DNA of 42,685 nt from a virus (lineage: Duplodnaviria; Caudoviricetes). Positions 36,759-42,685 of the stretch are shown piece after piece; the first letter of the stretch is position 1, and each line of letters opens with the position of its first letter. The position numbers were made by a program, and so were the translations under genes. The DNA lies in IMG/VR virus record IMGVR_UViG_3300032305_002598, positions 1 through 42,685 of that record; one strand, 5' to 3'. The notes under the pieces are model-generated. The model had not been told where the DNA came from. It saw only the letters and a program-made list of their open reading frames with translations, and did not search any database.

Positions 36759-37211
36759 ATGAATGATAAAGAAAAAATTTTAAATAAAAAAACACAAGAT
36801 TTAATGCTTGATTTTTGCCCCTTTGGTTTTGGTGATATGCAAGCAGTTGTTGAAACAATTGAATCAGTAGGAAAATCAATAAATGATGCTTATAATATGA
36901 TTATAAATAGAGCTAATGAAATAAATGATGGTAAGCTTGATAATATAGACCCAGTTGCCTGTGTTTATGATGCTTTAAGATGTGAAGCAACTAAAGAACT
37001 TCAAAAAGAAATTAATTTAAAATATTTTGATTTTGATTCAATTGAAGTTTATGGTAATTATTTATGCACTAGTTTACAAATTGAAAATGAAACAAAACAA
37101 GAATTAATTGAAATTTTAAAAGATAATAATATTAATTTTGAAAATTCTAGTGCTTTAATAAGCTGGTTTTTTGACTCTTTAGACATTAACGAAAATGATT
37201 TAACAAAATAA
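36759..37211 (+). CDS. acidic early protein, candidate DNA mimic
   Basis: about 29 D/E against 14 K/R in 150 aa (hand count). Confidence 0.55.
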   Translation: MNDKEKILNKKTQDLMLDFCPFGFGDMQAVVETIESVGKSINDAYNMIINRANEINDGKLDNIDPVACVYDALRCEATKELQKEINLKYFDFDSIEVYGNYLCTSLQIENETKQELIEILKDNNINFENSSALISWFFDSLDINENDLTK

Positions 37212-37220
37212 TTTAAACAT

Positions 37221-37538
37221 ATGAATAAAGAAAATACTATTTTGATAATTTCACAAGAAATTTTTCAACGTGAAATTGAAAGCGCCGAAAAAATATTTGA
37301 AAATAAAAGTTTGTTAAAAAATAACTTAAAATACCACAACGAAGCAATAAACAAAGCTTTAAAATCAATTTTTGATTTAGCAAGTGAAGTTTTACAAAAT
37401 GTTATTGATGATAATTTAAAATCTTATTTTGAAGTGCCTAAATTTTTAAAAATGAATTTGGAAAATTTCAACGAAACATTTAATCACAATTTGCAAATTT
37501 TAAATGCTTCAAAAAAACTATTAAAATTTATTAATTAA
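37221..37538 (+). CDS. early hypothetical helical protein
   Basis: 105-aa ORF. Confidence 0.65.
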   Translation: MNKENTILIISQEIFQREIESAEKIFENKSLLKNNLKYHNEAINKALKSIFDLASEVLQNVIDDNLKSYFEVPKFLKMNLENFNETFNHNLQILNASKKLLKFIN

Positions 37539-37558
37539 CAACTCAAATTTAAATTCAT

Positions 37559-37969
37559 ATGCAATCAATCCAAGTTAAATATTTACCAGCAACCAACACG
37601 CAACCAGCACGCTTAAAAGCAACCTGTGAAGGTGGAAGCATTACCGAACCCCGCGACCACTTAGAAACAAGCGAACAGGGGTTAAACCTAGCTTTCAAGC
37701 TATCTAACCAATTAAACTGGAATGTTAAAGAATTTTCGCGAGGTAGCTTTAAAAATTGCGATTACTTCAATATTGTTAAAATAGCGCCGTTAAAATCTCT
37801 TTTTTTTCAAGACTACTTTAATAAAGAATTTGACAAATTTAAAGACGCTACATCTTTAAAAATTAAATTTACGGGTTATCAAGAAATTACCCCGGTTAAT
37901 TCTAATTTTATTTCAATCAGCAAGGAGCAACTCGAGCAAATAAAACAAATTCTTATCAACTCAAATTAA
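37559..37969 (+). CDS. early hypothetical protein
   Basis: N-terminus IQVKYLPATNTQPARLKA resembles a recurring uncharacterised phage motif (TKYLxPTNxxGxRIKA). Confidence 0.7.
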   Translation: MQSIQVKYLPATNTQPARLKATCEGGSITEPRDHLETSEQGLNLAFKLSNQLNWNVKEFSRGSFKNCDYFNIVKIAPLKSLFFQDYFNKEFDKFKDATSLKIKFTGYQEITPVNSNFISISKEQLEQIKQILINSN

Positions 37970-37976
37970 ATAATTT

Positions 37977-38360
37977 ATGAAACAATTTTATTTCAATGTC
38001 AACGCCACTATTTATAAAGATGATTATAAAGAGGGGCAAGGCGACCAAGTAAACTCTTGGCAAAATCAAGAATTAATTAAAGCCGAAAATCTAACGCTAG
38101 CAATCGAAAAATTATTTGAAACAAAACTTTATTTTACTTATAAAAAAGAATTTGCACAAGTAAACGATTGCAATGATTCAATTAATAATATTCTAGAATA
38201 TTGTAATATGGTCGATAACGATAATTGCGAAGTTTTGGAAAGCGACAAAAAATATCAAGATTGGAAAGCTGGTAAAATAGAACTCTATTCTTGCGATTTA
38301 TCAATTGAAATTTTTGAATTAAACGCCGTCGATTTAACCGAAAATTATTTTAAACTTTAA
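37977..38360 (+). CDS. early acidic hypothetical protein
   Basis: 127-aa ORF. Confidence 0.65.
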   Translation: MKQFYFNVNATIYKDDYKEGQGDQVNSWQNQELIKAENLTLAIEKLFETKLYFTYKKEFAQVNDCNDSINNILEYCNMVDNDNCEVLESDKKYQDWKAGKIELYSCDLSIEIFELNAVDLTENYFKL

Positions 38361-38371
38361 TTAAAAAAAAC

Positions 38372-38995
38372 ATGAATACTCTTGAAAAAAATCTATTAAA
38401 CGCGGTCAAATTTATAAATTTAAAAAAGCTTAGCAATGCGGGGTTTATTGTCGAAAAAAACCAAGCCATTTTTTACTCCGGCAAAATTATTTTTAAATTT
38501 AGGGTTGAAAATATTCAACATACTACGCGCCATTTTTTGGTTGATATGGTGAAGCCGGGTGAAATTTACGAGTCAATTAACGATAAAAACACTCAACCAA
38601 TTTTAAAAGCAATCAATAATTATTTTAATGTTAGTTTTGAAAATCAACTTAATTTGCCAAGGGGTGAATTTTTTGACTTTTTAGACGCAATTTTTATAAG
38701 CGATAATGAATTGACAAAATACCATAACCAAACAAGCGTTAAAATTGAAAGCGATATTTTAAAAATCGAAAATAAATTTAAACAAGATTCAAGCGAAAAT
38801 TTTAAAGAGCTAAGTTTTGAATATGAAATAAACAATCAACAAAATTTTGATTTTAAAATATATACTCCTTTTAAATTTTTTCTCAAATTCATAAAATCGA
38901 AAAAACAAGATTTTAATTTTTTTGGAAAAAAACATGGTCAAGACAGTTTATTTTTAGCAAAAAATAACGACTTTGAAATTTTAACAATTTGTTAA
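38372..38995 (+). CDS. hypothetical protein, possibly sliding-clamp-like fold
   Basis: C-terminal half has a beta-clamp domain-III-like strand/helix pattern (by eye). Confidence 0.4.
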   Translation: MNTLEKNLLNAVKFINLKKLSNAGFIVEKNQAIFYSGKIIFKFRVENIQHTTRHFLVDMVKPGEIYESINDKNTQPILKAINNYFNVSFENQLNLPRGEFFDFLDAIFISDNELTKYHNQTSVKIESDILKIENKFKQDSSENFKELSFEYEINNQQNFDFKIYTPFKFFLKFIKSKKQDFNFFGKKHGQDSLFLAKNNDFEILTIC

Positions 38996-39001
38996 ACAAC
39001 A

Positions 39002-39256
39002 ATTAAAAATATCAAGCCCGAGCAAGATATTTTTAAAACAATAACAAAATGGCAAAATAAAATTTATACTTTAAAAAATCTAAATTATCAATTATTAGAA
39101 ATTAAAGAATTATCAAAAAAAGAAATTTCAAAGGATTTTGAAACTAAGGTTGATGATTTAAAATTTTATCGATTAAAAACTTGCGAGGTCGGCAACTCTC
39201 AATTTTATTTAACTTTGATTTTACAAAATAATTTAATTCATCAAATAATTTATTAA
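39002..39256 (+). other. ATG-less open frame (ATT start or pseudogene)
   Basis: 86 sense codons from 38996 to TAA at 39256, no ATG, followed by a terminator. Confidence 0.45.
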
Positions 39257-39277
39257 AATTACTAATTTTCAACCCCT

Positions 39278-39310
39278 AACCCGTCAAAATCATATTTGCC
39301 GGGTTTTTTT
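39278..39310 (+). terminator. intrinsic terminator of the first early operon
   Basis: AACCCG-TCAAA...TTTGC-CGGG followed by T7. Confidence 0.8.
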
Positions 39311-39853
39311 CTATTCTATTTATTCAACTTCTTAATAAACCCCCTTTTTAAGCTTTCTTATTACTTTTAATTACCTCAATTAGTATTTGCCTATATTTAT
39401 TTTTTCAACCCCTTTCTTGCTCCTTAAAATTATCCATTATTTTCTATTAAAAGCATTATTTTTTAATAAATACTAATTTTCTATCTTGCCACCCCTTTTT
39501 TATAAAAATCAATAAATGATTATTATTAATAAATCTATTATAACATAATTATTTTATTAACCCTTAAAAAACCACTTAGGGAGGGGCAATTTTTTATTTT
39601 CTCGAAAAAATACAATATAGAAATAATTATCATTATTTTAATCTTTTTGCTTGACAGTCTTTTTTACTATTATTTTTAATTAAATTATAATAAACATTTA
39701 TTTTATAATTTATTTAATTCACAAAGTTTTTAATTTTAATCAATAATCTTTTTTTAATATTTTTTTATTTCTTTTACATAATCGAATAAACAACCCTAGG
39801 GACTCTAGGCTTGTCTCAATTTGAATAACCTTTAAAATAATTATAATTGCCTA

Positions 39854-39881
39854 TTGACATATAAAAAAACATAATCATAAT
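39854..39881 (+). promoter_or_regulatory. second early sigma70 promoter
   Basis: TTGACA-N16-CATAAT; upstream AAAATAATTA...TATTGACATAT is shared with the 35775 promoter. Confidence 0.75.
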
Positions 39882-39937
39882 GTGTTTTATTAAATGAAAT
39901 AAATTTATTTCAAATATTAACTTAAATAAAAAAAAAT

Positions 39938-40939
39938 ATGAAAAACTTGAAACAATTTATAAAAAATCATAATCGTATTTTAAACCTACTAGCAATTTTT
40001 AAAGATAGTGAGGGACGAATTGAAATTGCTAAAAGATTTACAAAGCTTAATGATTTCGCATTTAATTCAAATAAAGAAAGCATTGAAATAAAATTAAATG
40101 ATATTGATTATTGCAATATAGATGATGCAATTTTAAACCTCGAAATAATTAATAAAGATACAATTGAGCAAATAAAAGAAAATGTTAATGAAGAAGATAG
40201 TTGCCAACACGCGAACGATAATCTTTTTGAAGATTTTGGTTGTTTCGATGATAGTTTTTATAAAAAATTTTATTATAAAAAGTTTGATTATTCCAAAGAA
40301 AAAGAAGTGCTTGAAAAAAATTTTGAGTTTACTGATTGGGGATATGGTCAAAGTGGCATAACCTCAGAGAATTTTGAACTTGATAATAAATTTTGGCAAC
40401 AAGATTTTTGCACATATTATTTAGACGAATTAACCCCGATTAACAATTATCAAGACTTAATTAGGAATGTTAGAATTTATAATAAATTTGATAATGATAT
40501 AATTGGCGGGCAACGGGGGTTTTTAAGCGATAGTTATCATTATATTAAAAACTTTGTTTACGATTTAAGGGCAATGCTTAGTGTTGTTAAAATTCATAAT
40601 GAGTCAGCAGAAACAATCGCACAGGAGCAATTAGAATGTGATATTGAAGATTTTATAGAAAATGAAAATCTTTTAAAAGATGGCGATATTGAAAAAGTAA
40701 AGTTTGATTATATCGCTAAAATTGAGGGTGAGGAAATTATAACAAATAAAGGAGCTAAAGCACCCCTTGATGATTGTAAGAAAGCCTTAGAAGTGTTTAA
40801 AAGTGGCGGAAGTTTGGAAGGTTTAAAACTTGGGGTTTATACAATTAATAAAATTTTCAACATCAAAGAAAATGTCTTTTTTCGAGCCGGGTGCCACTTG
40901 GTAAGAATTGACGATAATTTAATTAATCAATTAGCTTAA
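39938..40939 (+). CDS. early hypothetical protein: acidic middle, conserved-looking C-terminal AGCH domain
   Basis: ITNKGAKAP...GLKLGVYTINKI...RAGCHLV. Confidence 0.7.
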   Translation: MKNLKQFIKNHNRILNLLAIFKDSEGRIEIAKRFTKLNDFAFNSNKESIEIKLNDIDYCNIDDAILNLEIINKDTIEQIKENVNEEDSCQHANDNLFEDFGCFDDSFYKKFYYKKFDYSKEKEVLEKNFEFTDWGYGQSGITSENFELDNKFWQQDFCTYYLDELTPINNYQDLIRNVRIYNKFDNDIIGGQRGFLSDSYHYIKNFVYDLRAMLSVVKIHNESAETIAQEQLECDIEDFIENENLLKDGDIEKVKFDYIAKIEGEEIITNKGAKAPLDDCKKALEVFKSGGSLEGLKLGVYTINKIFNIKENVFFRAGCHLVRIDDNLINQLA

Positions 40940-40942
40940 TTT

Positions 40943-41233
40943 ATGAAAAAATTTCAATATTTTAATGTCGCAAGTAATAGCAAAATAACGGGAGTAAAGA
41001 CGCAATTGGTCAAAGCACTTGAAGTTATTGAAGTTGCCGGCAATCAATGTTTTTTCTATAAACAAGATTATTTTGCCCTAGTCCACTTGAAAACTGGATT
41101 AATAATTTATCCATCGTTTCAAAACTCTTTTAAAAAAGCAAGAAACGAGATAATGGAGCGAGTAAACGATAATATCGAGTCAATCGAGAAAGGCTTTATT
41201 AATAAGGCCGGAGATTTTGAAATTATTAATTAA
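40943..41233 (+). CDS. early hypothetical protein
   Basis: 96-aa ORF; LVHLKTGL. Confidence 0.65.
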   Translation: MKKFQYFNVASNSKITGVKTQLVKALEVIEVAGNQCFFYKQDYFALVHLKTGLIIYPSFQNSFKKARNEIMERVNDNIESIEKGFINKAGDFEIIN

Positions 41234-41256
41234 CAATTTAATTTAAAACAAAAAAT

Positions 41257-41499
41257 ATGGCACAATTCAAAATAAAATGGTCTTTCATTAACTCTAAACA
41301 AGCAATAAAAGCAATTGATTTATTGGGAGCAAAAAGTCTTGATAAAATCACATATTACAAAAAAAACAAAAAAATTGACGAGGAAAATTATTCTTGGACG
41401 GATTCTTTTTCGGCAGATAAAAAAGCTAAAAAAGATATTAGAAAATTCTTTAAAGAAAATTCTGGAATGAATGATTTTATAGAATTTATTAAAAATTAA
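41257..41499 (+). CDS. early hypothetical basic protein
   Basis: 80-aa ORF with the shared leader motif. Confidence 0.6.
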   Translation: MAQFKIKWSFINSKQAIKAIDLLGAKSLDKITYYKKNKKIDEENYSWTDSFSADKKAKKDIRKFFKENSGMNDFIEFIKN

Positions 41500-41515
41500 C
41501 AATTAATTTAAACAT

Positions 41516-41758
41516 ATGGAACAAGCACATAATCCACAAAGACTTTATTTATATAAAGCCATCGACGAAAATAACGAAGTATTAGCGGAAACATTATTTT
41601 TCAATTTAGATGACGCAATCGAGCAACTCAAGATTGACGAGAAAGATTTTGATTTAGGCTATACGCCACTTTTTCAAGCTAAAAGTAAATTTATAATTTC
41701 ATTACCTACACCTAAGCAATTAAGGCGCTTAACTAAAAAAGGGGTAAAGATTTATTAA
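41516..41758 (+). CDS. early hypothetical protein
   Basis: 80-aa ORF with the shared leader motif. Confidence 0.6.
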   Translation: MEQAHNPQRLYLYKAIDENNEVLAETLFFNLDDAIEQLKIDEKDFDLGYTPLFQAKSKFIISLPTPKQLRRLTKKGVKIY

Positions 41759-41759
41759 A

Positions 41760-42131
41760 ATGGAGGAGCAATTTTATTTTAGAATTGAAATTTTTGTCAA
41801 TAGACTAAAAGTTTTAGAATCTTGGTTGATAAACAACCATGAAAGCAAGATAAATTTAGAAGCTAATGATTTTTTCTTTGAATATGCTAAAAACAACGAT
41901 TTTAAGCATAAAGTATTAAAAGATTGTATCATTGAGGCAATTAACAATAAAACCATTAAAATTGGCGATGTTATCAATGATAATAGCAATTTTAATAATG
42001 ATATTATTTCAAAAACAAACAATCCCGTTATTAATTGGGGAGAAAATGTTTTTGCTAGGGGCAATATCAAGTATAATCTTAATGGCCGGGAGATTTATTA
42101 TAAAATTTTTAAACAACCAATTTTACATTAA
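41760..42131 (+). CDS. hypothetical protein
   Basis: 123-aa ORF abutting its neighbours. Confidence 0.6.
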   Translation: MEEQFYFRIEIFVNRLKVLESWLINNHESKINLEANDFFFEYAKNNDFKHKVLKDCIIEAINNKTIKIGDVINDNSNFNNDIISKTNNPVINWGENVFARGNIKYNLNGREIYYKIFKQPILH

Positions 42132-42132
42132 A

Positions 42133-42270
42133 ATGGAAAAAGAAGTTAAAAAAAAGAAAGGCGATAATTGGAAGCTATTCTTTGGAATAATAGGAATAAT
42201 TTTGCTTTTACTCGCTTGCAATTACCTAATATTGCCGTTATTAGCAATATTATTTCTTCAAAAAAAATAA
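42133..42270 (+). CDS. 45-aa single-TM protein
   Basis: MEKEVKKKKGDNWKLFFGIIGIILLLL...; ATG right after the upstream stop. Confidence 0.55.
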   Translation: MEKEVKKKKGDNWKLFFGIIGIILLLLACNYLILPLLAILFLQKK

Positions 42271-42278
42271 ATAAATAT

Positions 42279-42563
42279 ATGAAAAATCAAATTTTAAACG
42301 ACTACATAGACAACAATAAGAGTATTCAAAAAGCGGCAAAGCTTAACAACATTACTAGCTACAAAGCTAGGAAAGTTTTAGTTAGTGCCGGAATTGATTT
42401 TAGTAAAAAAAGAAGAGGTCCAGAGCCAAAATTTGATTTAGAACAATTTAAATTGCTTTTAGAGACTAAGTCAATTGTTGAAATTGCTAAAGAGCTAAAA
42501 GTAAAGTATAACTCAGCTTGGTGCTACGCTAAAAGACATAAACTAATTACTAATAATAATTAA
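42279..42563 (+). CDS. tandem HTH DNA-binding protein
   Basis: SIQKAAKLNNITSYKARKVL and SIVEIAKELKVKYNSAWCY linked by RRGPEPKF; ATG 42279 preferred. Confidence 0.65.
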   Translation: MKNQILNDYIDNNKSIQKAAKLNNITSYKARKVLVSAGIDFSKKRRGPEPKFDLEQFKLLLETKSIVEIAKELKVKYNSAWCYAKRHKLITNNN

Positions 42564-42586
42564 ATATTAACTCAAATCCTTAAAAT

Positions 42587-42685
42587 ATGAAAAAATTAAA
42601 AAAATCAAAACGCGAGCGACTTAATGAAATTCGTTTCAAACTTTGCTTTCGTTGCTCATCAAAATTTAAATTTACTGAAGCAAGA
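42587..42685 (+). CDS. partial ORF with CxxC, runs off the window
   Basis: MKKLKKSKRERLNEIRFKLCFRC... Confidence 0.45.
   Translation, partial: MKKLKKSKRERLNEIRFKLCFRCSSKFKFTEAR

Noticed and set aside
39651-39680. TTGACA at 39651 as a promoter
   Set aside because: No convincing -10 at 16-18 bp spacing and no ORF directly downstream.
41932-42278. Long versions of ORFs 41932-42270 and 42168-42563
   Set aside because: The TTG starts overlap upstream genes extensively; ATGs at 42133 and 42279 give clean packing.
1-42685. Stop-codon reassignment, introns/inteins, or a diversity-generating retroelement
   Set aside because: Core genes are full-length in code 11. No intein or homing-endonuclease motifs, no reverse transcriptase and no TR/VR repeat pair were seen.

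Overview
AT-rich tailed dsDNA phage sequence, probably most of a ~45-60 kb genome; no integrase, transposase, primase or polymerase is seen in the window. Layout: 1-7.8 kb (+) DNA/RNA metabolism and accessory genes (NinB-like, tandem-OB SSB-like, T4-type RNA ligase plus Pnk/phosphatase, SSB, VRR-NUC, small membrane proteins). 7.8-22.6 kb (-) lysis cassette (thermonuclease, DUF5675-like lysin, two-component spanin, holins) and a Mu-like contractile tail. 24.2-33.0 kb (-) HK97-type head. 33.4-34.5 kb (-) RNase H and Sf6-type small terminase. The late region is interrupted three times by opposite-strand genes: the large terminase, an HTH-like gene plus C5 methylase, and an 86-aa ORF. Next come a 1.3 kb non-coding region with a G/C strand switch (likely genome end) and early genes behind strong sigma70 promoters. 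Most notable: (1) a 2.7 kb stretch with no CG dinucleotide covering the putative terminus and first early genes, ending inside an acidic DNA-mimic-like gene and followed by CG-rich DNA, with GATC absent from the last 8.7 kb; (2) a small beta module inserted twice in baseplate J and apparently nested three deep in the tail terminator; (3) a strand-alternating late region with shared TTAA stops and a conserved late-promoter box; (4) an extra domain fused to the portal; (5) a P2-type -1 frameshift. All family calls come from motif recognition by eye and all counts are manual.
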